A stretch of DNA of 64,000 nucleotides, from NCBI GenBank assembly GCA_963664115.2, contig CAXWPJ010000002.1:1024001-1088000 (forward strand), read 5' to 3'. Position numbers and translations under genes: made by a program. The notes beneath the pieces are model-generated. The model saw only the letters and a program-made list of their open reading frames with translations. It was not told where the DNA came from and searched no databases. Every line of letters starts with the position of its first letter. Within the stretch, counting starts at the first letter, position 1. The DNA comes from Terriglobia bacterium (lineage in GTDB: Bacteria > Acidobacteriota > Terriglobia > 20CM-2-55-15). Below are positions 29,052 through 39,575 of the stretch, piece after piece.

Positions 29052-30060
29052 ACGTTACTCACGTCAGATTCGATTCGAGCCCATCGGTGAATCCGGGCAG
29101 ACGCGCCTATTGGAGGCGCGGGTAGGCATCGTCGGTTTGGGCGCCCTTGGAACCGTCGTGGCGGATCAACTCGTACGAGCAGGCGTGGGCTATGTCCGCC
29201 TAATCGACAGGGATTTCGTTGAGCTTTCCAATCTCCAGAGACAGACCCTATACGACGAATCGGATGCCCACAGGAGCTTGCCAAAAGCTGTTGCGTCCGA
29301 GGAAAAACTCCGGAGGGTTAATTCCACCGTTCGCCTGGATGCCATCGTGGAGGATCTCAATCCTTCCAACGCCGAAGAGTTGATAACGGATCTCGATCTT
29401 GTGATGGACGGGCTGGACAACTTTGAAACCCGGTTCGTGCTGAACGACGCCTGCCGCCAGGCGCGTACACCCTGGATTTACGCAGCGGCCGTCGGAAGCT
29501 ACGGCCTGGTGATGCCGGTATTGCCCGATGGGCCGTGCTTGCGATGCCTGATGGATACGCTACCGGCCGCAGGGTCTGGTCCGACATGTGACACGGCCGG
29601 CGTCATCGCACCAGTAACGGGCGCGATTGCCTCCATCGCGGTCGCACATGCGCTTCGATTTCTGACCGGACAAGCCGAGAGTGGCAACACGAGATTGGTT
29701 TCCATCGACATATGGAGTCTCAAGTTTCAAACGCTGCCGCTGTCCAAGGTCCTGCAAAGCGAGTGTCCTCTATGTTCTGGAGGGCAGTTGGATTACCTTA
29801 ATTCCCGAGCGATGAGAACGATCAGTCTTTGCGGCAGGAACGCAGTCCAGGTCATACCGAGCGAGCGGGCCGAACTGGATCTTTCGGCGATGGGCAAGAA
29901 CCTCGAACTCTATGGCCCGGTCCGGTCGAACGACTTCCTGCTCAAATGTGAGAACCCGCCTTACGAACTGACGCTGTTCCGCGATGGCCGCGCGATTATC
30001 AAGGGTACTGAAGAAGCCTCCGTAGCACGATCTGTGTATTCGAAGATGGTTGGTCTGTGA
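29044..30060 (+). CDS. ThiF/MoeB-family adenylyltransferase
   Basis: RYSRQ, GLGALG, DRDFVELSNLQRQ, DNFETR, CLRC, CDTAGV, CPLC; start at ATG 29044. Confidence 0.93.
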   Translation: MDERYSRQIRFEPIGESGQTRLLEARVGIVGLGALGTVVADQLVRAGVGYVRLIDRDFVELSNLQRQTLYDESDAHRSLPKAVASEEKLRRVNSTVRLDAIVEDLNPSNAEELITDLDLVMDGLDNFETRFVLNDACRQARTPWIYAAAVGSYGLVMPVLPDGPCLRCLMDTLPAAGSGPTCDTAGVIAPVTGAIASIAVAHALRFLTGQAESGNTRLVSIDIWSLKFQTLPLSKVLQSECPLCSGGQLDYLNSRAMRTISLCGRNAVQVIPSERAELDLSAMGKNLELYGPVRSNDFLLKCENPPYELTLFRDGRAIIKGTEEASVARSVYSKMVGL

Positions 30061-30128
30061 CCCTCATATGTTTCGATCGGTGCGCAGCCCGTTCGACTGA
30101 ACGTCGACCGGTGTGATACACCGTCGCT

Positions 30129-31628
30129 ATGGCGGACGGGAATGGAGAATCAGGCATCGGTAGCGTTGAGACAACCTTGACCGTGGATCGTCTCCGTCGA
30201 AAGATCGGTCTCGTTCTGACGCCGGCCCTCTTCGGACTGATGCTGGTTCTGCCTCTGCCCGGTCTATCAGTTGAGGCCCACCGTTTGGCCGCCGTAATGG
30301 TCGCAGTAATCACGCTGTGGGTGACCGAGGCCATCCCTCTGCCCGTTACGGCTTTGCTCGGCCCGACTCTCGCAATCGTTCTCGGGGTTGCTCCGGCCCG
30401 CCAGGCTTACGCACCGTTCGCCGATCCCCTGATACTTCTGTTCATCGGAAGCTTTATCCTGGCACAGGCGATCTTCGTCCATAGGCTCAACGAAAGAATC
30501 GCCTACGGTGTGATGTCCTGGAAGGTGATTGGAGCCCGTCCCACCCGCATCCTGATCGCGTACGGCTGTATCGCAGCGTTTATTTCAGCATGGATGAGCA
30601 ATACCGCCACCGCCGCTATGCTTCTGCCTATCGGATTGTCCTTGCTGGCGTTTATGGAGTCGGAGTCCAACATAAGTCCACGATATGGGACGGCGCTGAT
30701 GTTGGCTACGGCCTACGGGTGCTCATTGGGCGGTATGGCAACAATTGTTGGGACGCCGCCGAACGTGATCGCGGCGGGAATGCTCCGCGAATTCACCGGA
30801 ACGGAAATTTCTTTCGTCCAATGGATGTTCTTTGCCGTTCCGGCTTCCGTCTTCATGGTTGGCTTCCTGGTCATTTACATGAATTGGCTGGGTCGTAGTG
30901 GAGTTCGAGAAATTCCGGGAGCCGATGAGATCATTCGAGAACGCATGGCGGCACTCGGGCCCTGGAAAAATGGTGAAAAAAACGTCCTGATCGCATTTCT
31001 GGTAACGGTGACACTCTGGGTTGTTCCCGGAATTCTGGGGATCGTACTTGGAACGGATCACCCGGTTGCGGCGGCATTGTCTTCAGCAGTGCCAATTTCG
31101 GTCGCCGCGATTGTCGGCGCCACATTGCTATTCCTGATGCCGGTGAATGAGACCCAACGGTCCACGATTACTTGGAAGCAGGCAGCGAACATCGATTGGG
31201 GAACCATTCTGCTGTTCGGTGGCGGCCTCGCTTTGGGACAGATGGCGTCATCGACGGGCCTGGCGGAAGCGTTCGGACTGGGAATTACGGGGGTGGTGCC
31301 CGTCGGATCGGTGATCACGCTAACTTTCGCGTCCGCTATTTTCACGACCATCCTTTCGGAAACAATGTCCAACACCGCGGCCGCGACTATTGCCATTCCA
31401 GTGATTATTTCGATTGCACAGGCTGCAGGAGTGGACCCTATTCCTCCAACTCTCGCCGCCAGTCTTACCGCTTCAGTCGCTGTAATACTTCCGGTTTCCA
31501 CACCCGCCAACGCCATAGTCTATTCTTCGGGTAAGGTTCCGATCACGAAGATGATTCGATACGGCATCGTCGTGGACATCGTGGCCATTATTGCGATTCC
31601 GACCATAGTCCTCTTGTTCTTCCGATAA
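30129..31628 (+). CDS. SLC13/DASS family anion:sodium symporter
   Basis: WVTEAIP, WMSNTAT, GTPPN, ETMSNTA, PVSTPANA motifs; many TM helices. Confidence 0.93.
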   Translation: MADGNGESGIGSVETTLTVDRLRRKIGLVLTPALFGLMLVLPLPGLSVEAHRLAAVMVAVITLWVTEAIPLPVTALLGPTLAIVLGVAPARQAYAPFADPLILLFIGSFILAQAIFVHRLNERIAYGVMSWKVIGARPTRILIAYGCIAAFISAWMSNTATAAMLLPIGLSLLAFMESESNISPRYGTALMLATAYGCSLGGMATIVGTPPNVIAAGMLREFTGTEISFVQWMFFAVPASVFMVGFLVIYMNWLGRSGVREIPGADEIIRERMAALGPWKNGEKNVLIAFLVTVTLWVVPGILGIVLGTDHPVAAALSSAVPISVAAIVGATLLFLMPVNETQRSTITWKQAANIDWGTILLFGGGLALGQMASSTGLAEAFGLGITGVVPVGSVITLTFASAIFTTILSETMSNTAAATIAIPVIISIAQAAGVDPIPPTLAASLTASVAVILPVSTPANAIVYSSGKVPITKMIRYGIVVDIVAIIAIPTIVLLFFR

Positions 31629-31711
31629 ACAGAAGCTCGGTTGACAGAAATTTCGGTGAAGTGTAAAAGAAGGGGCGTCTTTGCGGGGATGTTTAAAGGA
31701 GGAATGGAGCT

Positions 31712-33391
31712 ATGCAACCTGTAGTCGCGGCGGTCCTGTGCTTCATCGCTTATATACTGTTCTACCGATTCTATGCCCGCCATCTCGGCCGGCACATCTT
31801 TAAGCTGGACCCCACTCGGCAGACCCCGGCCCACACCATGTCTGACGGTGTGGACTATGTCCCATCCAGAAAGGTAGTTCTCTTCGGCCACCATTTCGCG
31901 TCGATTGCAGGTTTGGCTCCGATGCTGGGCCCTGCCATAGCCGTCATCTGGGGCTGGCTGCCGGCAATGCTGTGGGTCGTCCTGGGAACGGTTCTGATCG
32001 GAGCCGTTCACGACTTCAGCGCGATCGTTGTTTCAATGCGCAATAGGGGTCTCAGTATCGGTAAGGTGGCCGAGGATCTTATCGGACCGCGGGCGAAAAC
32101 TCTCTTCCTGATTATCATCCTTTTCCTTTTGTGCCTGGTCATGGGCGTTTTTGTCGGAATCGTTGCCGATCTGTTTACGTCGAGCTTTTATCCGCAGACG
32201 GTGTTCCCGACGTTTTCCCTAATGGGTATCGCCGTCGTGATCGGATGGTTGGTTTACAAACGATCCGCGAAGATCGGATGGACGACGTCCATCGGTTTTG
32301 TGTTGATGCTAGCGTCGGTCGCCGTAGCGTTGAATATCGGAACTCCGGATGTCGCACGGACGAATTGGATCTTCCTGCTCTTGATTTACGCATTTGCCGC
32401 TTCTGTATTGCCGGTGTGGCTTCTGTTGCAGCCTCGGGATTATCTGAATTCGCTTCTGTTGTATTTGGGACTGGGCGCGGCCTACATCGGCTTTTTTGTT
32501 CTTCGGCCCGCCTTTGTGGCTCCAATGGTGGATGCGAGTCCGGCGGGCGCGCCACCGATATTTCCTTTCGTCTTTATCATCATCGCCTGCGGCGCGGCCT
32601 CCGGTTTTCATGCTCTGGTGTCTTCCGGGACGACGTCTAAACAGATCGATAAGGAAACGGACGCGGTTGCAGTGGGCTACGGAGCAATGATTGGCGAATC
32701 CATGCTGGGACTCATGGCGGTTCTGGCGACGACGGCAGGATTTCGGACGGTGGAGTCCTGGAGTGACCATTATTCGAGTTGGACCGCAGCCTCGGGACTG
32801 GCGACAACGATGCGTGCGTTTATCGATGGCGCTGCCCTGTTCGTTTCACGTTTGGGAGTGCCGATGGAGATCGCACAGGCTTTCATTGCCCTCGTCGCCG
32901 TATCTTTCGCACTGACGACGGTGGATTCGGGAACGCGATTGCTTCGCTACAACATTGGAGAGATTGGGCATTCCTTTGGAGTCCCGCAGTTGACTAACCG
33001 TTACGTAGGATCCTTGATCGCGGTTGTCTTAATCGCGTTCTTCGCTTTCTTTCAGGTTGATGGTCAATCAGCAGGATTGGCCCTGTGGGCCCTGTTCGGA
33101 AGTACGAACCAGGTGATGGCAGCGTTAACGCTATTCACCGTAACCGTGTACCTGCGGCAGCAAAGACGAAACTACTGGTACACCCTCGTTCCGATGATCT
33201 TCATGATGTGCGTGACCGTGACGGCGATGGTCTATAACCTGCAGCTCTATTACAACGGTGGTCAGATCCTGCTGACGACCGTGGCGGCTTGCATTTTTGT
33301 GTTGAGTCTCTGGCTGTCTGTCGAGGCTGTCCTGCGGTTCAGAAAAGACCGGCTCCCGGTCACCGTACCGGCGACGGCCGGTGGGGATTAG
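31712..33391 (+). CDS. cstA: Carbon starvation protein A family transporter
   Basis: LFGHHFASIAG, GAVHDF, LLQPRDY, IACGAASGFH, GYGAM, FALTTVD. Confidence 0.93.
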   Translation: MQPVVAAVLCFIAYILFYRFYARHLGRHIFKLDPTRQTPAHTMSDGVDYVPSRKVVLFGHHFASIAGLAPMLGPAIAVIWGWLPAMLWVVLGTVLIGAVHDFSAIVVSMRNRGLSIGKVAEDLIGPRAKTLFLIIILFLLCLVMGVFVGIVADLFTSSFYPQTVFPTFSLMGIAVVIGWLVYKRSAKIGWTTSIGFVLMLASVAVALNIGTPDVARTNWIFLLLIYAFAASVLPVWLLLQPRDYLNSLLLYLGLGAAYIGFFVLRPAFVAPMVDASPAGAPPIFPFVFIIIACGAASGFHALVSSGTTSKQIDKETDAVAVGYGAMIGESMLGLMAVLATTAGFRTVESWSDHYSSWTAASGLATTMRAFIDGAALFVSRLGVPMEIAQAFIALVAVSFALTTVDSGTRLLRYNIGEIGHSFGVPQLTNRYVGSLIAVVLIAFFAFFQVDGQSAGLALWALFGSTNQVMAALTLFTVTVYLRQQRRNYWYTLVPMIFMMCVTVTAMVYNLQLYYNGGQILLTTVAACIFVLSLWLSVEAVLRFRKDRLPVTVPATAGGD

Positions 33392-33404
33392 TATCTGCGA
33401 GGAA

Positions 33405-34307
33405 TCAGTGACGGGCTGAGGGTCGATCGCGTTGCGAGTTGAAAGCGTAAGCGATTATCTTGTAGGCAAGTTTAGCGCATAGAAAATCCGCTGCATGAAA
33501 CCCATCTCTTGGCAACAACTCGACGATATCGGCACCCACGATTTTCTTGCTCCGGCCAACCGCTCCCAGCAAATCCAGAAGAGTCTGCCAATCGAGCCCT
33601 CCCGGTTCGGGGGTTCCCGTTGACGGGACGATGGAGGGATCCAGTCCGTCGACATCGATCGTGATGTAGACCGAGTCGCTCAAGGCATCGACCGCCCGGT
33701 CAATCCAATCTGGAGATTTTGCGATGTCTCGCGCAAAGAAGATTTGTGTCGGGAGATTTCTTGTTTCTTCGATTTCCTCTTTCGAGATCGAACGGATACC
33801 CACCTGAACCGCCGGACAGACCTCCACGATGCGGCGCATGACGCAGGCATGGCTATAGGGTGTGCCGTCGTAGGTGTCCCGGAGGTCGGCATGCGCATCG
33901 ATCTGCAGGACGGACAGGTCCGGATATTTTCCCCTGGCGGCGCGAACCACAGGAGTGGATAGGGTGTGCTCGCCTCCCAGCGTCAGTACGAACTTGTCGT
34001 CACCCATATACTGGCGGGCACGTTCGTAAAGCAGGTTGATCCCCTCGGTTTCATCCTGCAACGAGGGGTCGGTGACTTCCAGAGTATGAATCCCGATACT
34101 CGATGGTTCCCAATCGAGTTCGTCGTCATATAGCTCGACGTAGGCGGAGGCATTCAGGATGGCTTGAGGAGCTCTCCGCGTGCCCCTCTGCCAACTCGTG
34201 GTCCGCTCGTACGGCACCGGCCATACGACGGCCTTGCTCTGTGCATAATCGGCAAGGCTCTCCGGGAGGTCCAGGAACCGGCTCGAGCCTGTGGGTGGCT
34301 CACTCAT
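33405..34307 (-). CDS. speB: Agmatinase
   Basis: GGEH, DAHADLR, SHAC, DVDGLDP, TGTPEPGG ureohydrolase motifs. Confidence 0.92.
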   Translation of the reverse strand: MSEPPTGSSRFLDLPESLADYAQSKAVVWPVPYERTTSWQRGTRRAPQAILNASAYVELYDDELDWEPSSIGIHTLEVTDPSLQDETEGINLLYERARQYMGDDKFVLTLGGEHTLSTPVVRAARGKYPDLSVLQIDAHADLRDTYDGTPYSHACVMRRIVEVCPAVQVGIRSISKEEIEETRNLPTQIFFARDIAKSPDWIDRAVDALSDSVYITIDVDGLDPSIVPSTGTPEPGGLDWQTLLDLLGAVGRSKKIVGADIVELLPRDGFHAADFLCAKLAYKIIAYAFNSQRDRPSARH

Positions 34308-34309
34308 GG

Positions 34310-34873
34310 TTATGGCTGGTAAGGAGGGTCCGGGATGAAAATCGCACCGGTAACGACGGTTGTCCAGAGGCCGTTCTTGTTGCCAACTGCGGTTTTCGTG
34401 ATGCTCGTGCTTTTGACTATCTTATTGGAAATTCGCCACAGTTCTCTCTTTTCGTCCCAGCTGCGGTCAGGATCGAACTCGACCCCCAAGGTGGTTGCCA
34501 ACATTTCGGCTGCAAGATCTTCGGCATAGTCGCCCGCAACACCTTCTTTTTCTCCGAAGGAATGGTGTTCGGAAAGATAGCCGTACGCGCTGCGGTCAGT
34601 CGGAATAGCGACACCGATTGAAGCCGCGATGAGACGATGGGGCTCTTTAGTTGCATTCGAACTGACGACCGAAAAAACGATCTGTCCTGGATAAAGTTGT
34701 TTCTGCCCCTGGGCCCTGGAGATCAGCTTGCAGTTTGGAGGGAAGATACTGGAAACATATACAAGATTGTACGGCGCCAGTCCCGCATCCCGGAGCGCCA
34801 TTTCGAAACTCGGGAGTTTTTCCCGATGTCGCCCGACACCTTTGGTTAGGAAGATTTCTTTCGCTACAAACAA
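34310..34873 (-). CDS. pdaD: Pyruvoyl-dependent arginine decarboxylase
   Basis: SFEMALRDAG, NLVYVSSIFPP (Ser-Ser autocleavage site), GYLSEHH; adjacent to speB. Confidence 0.9.
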   Translation of the reverse strand: MFVAKEIFLTKGVGRHREKLPSFEMALRDAGLAPYNLVYVSSIFPPNCKLISRAQGQKQLYPGQIVFSVVSSNATKEPHRLIAASIGVAIPTDRSAYGYLSEHHSFGEKEGVAGDYAEDLAAEMLATTLGVEFDPDRSWDEKRELWRISNKIVKSTSITKTAVGNKNGLWTTVVTGAIFIPDPPYQP

Positions 34874-34958
34874 GTTGAGAACCTCAAGATCATCTGTCGC
34901 AATGATGGAATTGTTCGGGCATTACTGTCCGGGCGGATCGGGCAATCCAAACGCTCGG

Positions 34959-35018
34959 ACGCTAGCAGAGATGCCTTAAGTGTGTCAATTGACATTCTCT
35001 TCGGGCACATGTTAGTTT
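34959..35018. promoter_or_regulatory. Back-to-back divergent sigma70 promoters for pdaD-speB and mdh
   Basis: Palindrome TGTCAATTGACA (34983-34994) gives TTGACA on both strands; each has an 18-bp spacer and a TGn-extended -10 (TAGTTT on +, TAGCGT on -). Confidence 0.5.
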
Positions 35019-35223
35019 CCCCTTTCCGTGTTCGTACTACCGACCGCCGCCGCTCCTTACTTAATTCGCGCCGATTTTGGAGCAGCGTCTTCATCACATC
35101 TCTTATTGGACGGAGGCCGGTTTAGTCGCAGTTCAGCCGAGCGGGAGTCCCCGATTGGGTGAGGTTTATAGCAACGAAATTTAAGACGTCCGAGTTCGCT
35201 CAGGCAATTGTGGAGAACGTGTA

Positions 35224-36150
35224 ATGCCAAGAAATAAGATTACAGTAGTTGGAGCCGGTAATGTTGGAGCCACCGCCGCTCAACTCGTCGTAGAGAAACA
35301 TCTCGGGGACGTCGTTCTCGTGGACATCGTTGAAGGTGTACCCCAGGGAAAGGCGCTCGATCTAACCGAGTCGGGACCCGTAGAAGGGTACGACTCACGC
35401 ATAACAGGCACCAACGCTTATGACGATACTGCTGACTCCGACGTTATCGTCATCACGGCCGGCATACCCCGCAAGCCCGGAATGAGCCGGGACGATTTGC
35501 TCAAGACCAACTACAACATCGTCAAGAGTGTGACCGAACAGGTTGTACAGCGATCGCCCGACAGCATCCTGATTGTCGTCAGCAATCCTCTAGACGCTAT
35601 GGTGCAGACTGCGTTTCGGGCGAGCGGGTTTCCCAGGAATCGAGTCATGGGAATGGCAGGGGTATTAGATTCCGCGCGTTTCCGTGCGTTTATCTCCCTG
35701 GAGCTCAATGTTTCTGTCGACAACGTACACGCCTTTGTCCTCGGAGGGCACGGAGACACCATGGTTCCCTTGCCTCGCTATTCGACCGTTTCAGGTATCC
35801 CGATCACCGAGTTGCTCCCGGCCGACGCTATTGAACGACTGGTGGATCGGACCCGCAAAGGCGGTGCCGAGATCGTCGGGCTCTTAAAGACCAGCGCTTG
35901 GTATGCGCCGGGAGCCGCCATCGTAGAGATGGTGGAAGCTATAGTGCACGACAAGAAGAAAATACTTCCCTGTGCGGCGTATCTGGAGGGAGAATACGGA
36001 ATCAACGATTTATACGTGGGTGTTCCGGTCAAGCTCGGGGAAGCGGGTATCGAGGAGATCATCCAGATCGAACTCACACTGGAGGAGCGGGCCGAGCTGC
36101 AGAATTCCGCAGCGGCGGTGAAGGAGTTGGTAGAAATCATCGGGGTATAG
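35224..36150 (+). CDS. mdh: Malate dehydrogenase (LDH-like)
   Basis: [37 protein letters not shown]. Confidence 0.96.
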   Translation: MPRNKITVVGAGNVGATAAQLVVEKHLGDVVLVDIVEGVPQGKALDLTESGPVEGYDSRITGTNAYDDTADSDVIVITAGIPRKPGMSRDDLLKTNYNIVKSVTEQVVQRSPDSILIVVSNPLDAMVQTAFRASGFPRNRVMGMAGVLDSARFRAFISLELNVSVDNVHAFVLGGHGDTMVPLPRYSTVSGIPITELLPADAIERLVDRTRKGGAEIVGLLKTSAWYAPGAAIVEMVEAIVHDKKKILPCAAYLEGEYGINDLYVGVPVKLGEAGIEEIIQIELTLEERAELQNSAAAVKELVEIIGV

Positions 36151-36314
36151 TAAGTCCCGCACTGACACCTGACTACCCTGGCCTGTAAGGCTTGACGGAA
36201 TGTTGAAGCAGTGCCTGGCAACCCGTGCTTTCGGAGTAAGAAGATGATCGGATCGGACCAGTACGACACTTTTACGCACACGACTTCTGCCGCGCTATCC
36301 CAGGGAGAACCACG

Positions 36315-38345
36315 ATGAGACGAGTCAGGCTTCAGGCAAGGGTAGCCGTTTTGAGTGCGGTTCTGATCGGGATAGCACCGAACTCGATCGCACGAACGCA
36401 AGAACAGGTTTCCAATAGCATCACGTCAATAGAAGTCACCCCGGCCTCGCTGACGCTCCAAGTGGGTGAAAAAACGACGCTCACGGCAACCGCACTCGAC
36501 GACGACGGCAATCCGGTCGAAGCGCCGATCGTCTTTATCAGCCGGTCCCGAAGGAACGTCGGCGTAAGTAACCAGGGTGAAGTCGAAGCGTACCAGCCCG
36601 GGGAGTACACCATCGTCGCCATGGTGCCTCGCGATGAGGAAGAAGGAGATCAAAACGGCGGCGACCGATCAATCAGGCTTCAAGTCAGAGTAACCGTTCC
36701 CCTGCCTTCGCTCGCTCGCTTAGAAATCAGTGGTGTTCCCTCAAGACTCTATACAGGCAGCCTTATTCGCAGCCGAGTCGAGGTCTACGATACAACTGAC
36801 ACAATTCGTCCTGAGCAGCGTTTGACGTTTTCGACGAGCGATCCTGAGATCGTCGGCGTCGATCGGTTCGGCAACGTGACGCCATTACGTCCCGGAACGG
36901 CAGCACTCAAAGTTGAAGCGGAGGGAGTCGAGACAGAATTGACCCTCACCGTCGTGGCGAATCCGGCTGTTTCCGTCGAGTTGGTTCCGGACCAGGAATC
37001 TGCGCGCACGGGAGACGTTGTCCGATTCGAGGCGAGGGCACGGGACCGGCAGGGGCGGATTGTCGACGATCTGCCGATCTTCTATTCCATTCAGACACAT
37101 CCGGATGTTGAAAACCCTGCAGCGTCGTCGTCCGGTCAAGTTGCCGATGATGGGCGCTTTGTCGCAGAACTTCCCGGACAGTACACAGTTGTTGCCAACG
37201 CCGGAGGACTGTTCGCTGCCGCTACGGTTGAGATTGAACCCCGAGACGTTCAGAAAAGCCTCACCGTTGTTGGACACGCTCCTGTGCGTGACCGGCACAC
37301 GAGCGATCTATGGATCTGGGAAGGAGAAGATGGCCGGGATTACGCGATGACGGGGACCTGGCGTGCCGAAGGGCACGCTTACGTATGGGATGTGACGGAC
37401 CCGGCCAACATGTCGATGATCGATTTGGTCCAGGTCGATGCCCGCACCGTGAATGACGTGAAAGTGTCCGAAGATGGGAAAATTGCGGTGATCAGCCGCG
37501 AGGGTGCATCGAATCGACGAAACGGAATCATACTGCTCGATGTTTCCAATCCGAATGAAGTCGTGCGATTGTCTGAGTTCGACGAAGAGTTGACCGGTGG
37601 CGTCCACAATACCTTCATCTACGAAAACCACGTCTACGCTGTCAACAACGGGCGTCGTTACGACGTCATCAACATTGCCGAACCGGGTGCTCCGTTTCGC
37701 GTGGCGCGGTTCGAACTCGATACGGGCGGACATTCGATCCACGATGTGTGGATCGAGGATGGTATTGCTTATTCGTCAAATTGGCGGGACGGAGTCGTTC
37801 TCGTCGATGTGGGCAATGGAATTGCGGGTGGCAGGGCAGACCGACCGGTCCAATTTGCCTCTTACGCCGACCCACAAGGTGCGACGCATGCTGCGTTCCC
37901 GTTCCGGAGCGAGTCGACCGGTAAGTTCTACGTCATCACCGGGGACGAAATCTTTCCGGACGGCATGGATCCCGATGGTCCGAACCGCGCCGCAGGCTAC
38001 ATGCACATCGTGGACTTCAGCGATTTTGAAAATCCGGTGGAAGTTGCGCGGTACGAGGTCCCAGAGGCGGGCTCGCACAATCTGTGGATCGAAGACGACA
38101 TCCTATACGCGGCTTTTTACAACGGTGGGTTGCGAATCGTGGACCTATCCGGCGAGCTGATGGGAGATCTCTACAAGCAGGGACGTGAGATTGCCTCCTT
38201 CTATTCGAACGACGCTGAAGGGTATGTCAAGAACGAGGCCATGGTCTGGGGGGCCCAACCGCACAAGGGGCTGATTTATTTCTCCGATTTCAACAGCGGC
38301 CTCTGGGCTGTGCGGCTTACCGATGAAGACGAGGAAGACGACTAA
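36315..38345 (+). CDS. Secreted protein with Ig-like (Big_2) domains and an LVIVD-repeat beta-propeller
   Basis: Signal peptide; SIEVTPASLTL and FSTSDPEIV Ig repeats; VWDVTDP, LLDVSNP, GLRIVD repeats. Confidence 0.8.
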   Translation: MRRVRLQARVAVLSAVLIGIAPNSIARTQEQVSNSITSIEVTPASLTLQVGEKTTLTATALDDDGNPVEAPIVFISRSRRNVGVSNQGEVEAYQPGEYTIVAMVPRDEEEGDQNGGDRSIRLQVRVTVPLPSLARLEISGVPSRLYTGSLIRSRVEVYDTTDTIRPEQRLTFSTSDPEIVGVDRFGNVTPLRPGTAALKVEAEGVETELTLTVVANPAVSVELVPDQESARTGDVVRFEARARDRQGRIVDDLPIFYSIQTHPDVENPAASSSGQVADDGRFVAELPGQYTVVANAGGLFAAATVEIEPRDVQKSLTVVGHAPVRDRHTSDLWIWEGEDGRDYAMTGTWRAEGHAYVWDVTDPANMSMIDLVQVDARTVNDVKVSEDGKIAVISREGASNRRNGIILLDVSNPNEVVRLSEFDEELTGGVHNTFIYENHVYAVNNGRRYDVINIAEPGAPFRVARFELDTGGHSIHDVWIEDGIAYSSNWRDGVVLVDVGNGIAGGRADRPVQFASYADPQGATHAAFPFRSESTGKFYVITGDEIFPDGMDPDGPNRAAGYMHIVDFSDFENPVEVARYEVPEAGSHNLWIEDDILYAAFYNGGLRIVDLSGELMGDLYKQGREIASFYSNDAEGYVKNEAMVWGAQPHKGLIYFSDFNSGLWAVRLTDEDEEDD

Positions 38346-39486
38346 GAAAACGACAGCTCGAACGGCAATGAGACACATCGGCCTCACCTGTACCGTCGTA
38401 TCGTTGCTGCTGTTTTGCCCCACGCTCGACGCCCAGAACATACCCGACACCAGTTACTGGCTATATGTTGCCGCCGAATCCGACGATGAGGTGGCTCTGG
38501 TTCGTTTCGATGCGGCGGGTGCAACAGTCGAGAAGATAATTCCTGTGGGCGTCTGGCCGACAGAAATCGAAGGTCCTCACGGTCTGCGTGTGTCGCCGGA
38601 TGGCGATCACTGGTATCTTTCCCTGGCCCACGGTAATCCCTACGGGTCGGTATATAAGTACCGTACCGGATCCGATGATCTTGTCGGCTCCGTGGAGGTG
38701 GGTATGTTTCCCGCCACCTTGGATATCGCTGCCAGCACAGGCTTACTGTATGTCGTCAATTTCGACCTCCATGGCGAAATGAAGCCGAGCACGATTTCGA
38801 TTGTCGAAACTGAGACCATGACGGAAGTGGCCGATGTTGAAGTGGGGATCATGCCCCACGGTTCACGGCTGAGCCGGGGCGGAAACCGTCAGTATTCGGT
38901 CATGATGATGACCGACGAACTGGTTGAAACTGATGCGTTTCGTTTTGAGGTCCTGCGCCGCCTCTCCCTCTCCAGCAAATCTGTTCCAGACGCCGTACAA
39001 GGTCGTTCTCAGATGCCCATGCCGGACACGGGGTCGGGAATGTCCGTGGCCCTGGACCGCCCAACCTGGGTGCATCCGGGTCCGGGAGGCCAATTCGTAT
39101 ACGTAGCCTGCAACGGTAGCGACCAGATCAAGGTAGTCGACCTTGAGCGCTGGGAGGTTGTGGAGACTTTCGAAACCGGCCGGGGGCCGTACAACATTGA
39201 TGTGACCGGCGATGGAAGGCTGATGGTGGTGACATATAAGACCGATGGTTCCACCGGGATTTGGGATCTGCGGGAAGGTAGGGAACTGGCCCGCCTCGAT
39301 AATTCGAGGGGCGTAACCCACGGAGTGGTCGTCAGTCCGGACTCCAAATACGCCTTCGTGTCCGTTGAGGGTACGGCGGGAGAGCCTGGAGCTCTGGACG
39401 TCATCGACCTGGAAACGCTCGAACTGGCGGCAACCCTCGACGTGGGTCGGCAGGCTTCCGGAATCGCTTTCTGGAAGATGCAGTAA
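38323..39486 (+). CDS. Secreted YncE/YVTN-type beta-propeller protein (likely start ATG 38368)
   Basis: Repeated VG-x-x-P-x-G and SPDG blades (EGPHG, GIMPHG, GRGPY, GVTHG); signal peptide. Confidence 0.8.
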   Translation: MKTRKTTKKTTARTAMRHIGLTCTVVSLLLFCPTLDAQNIPDTSYWLYVAAESDDEVALVRFDAAGATVEKIIPVGVWPTEIEGPHGLRVSPDGDHWYLSLAHGNPYGSVYKYRTGSDDLVGSVEVGMFPATLDIAASTGLLYVVNFDLHGEMKPSTISIVETETMTEVADVEVGIMPHGSRLSRGGNRQYSVMMMTDELVETDAFRFEVLRRLSLSSKSVPDAVQGRSQMPMPDTGSGMSVALDRPTWVHPGPGGQFVYVACNGSDQIKVVDLERWEVVETFETGRGPYNIDVTGDGRLMVVTYKTDGSTGIWDLREGRELARLDNSRGVTHGVVVSPDSKYAFVSVEGTAGEPGALDVIDLETLELAATLDVGRQASGIAFWKMQ

Positions 39487-39575
39487 CCTTCCCTGGTTTC
39501 GGTGGCCGCTTCTCACTTCGCGCCTGCAACCCGAAGATCCATGCCCGCGACCCTCGATAATTCTGCCACGGGCTG

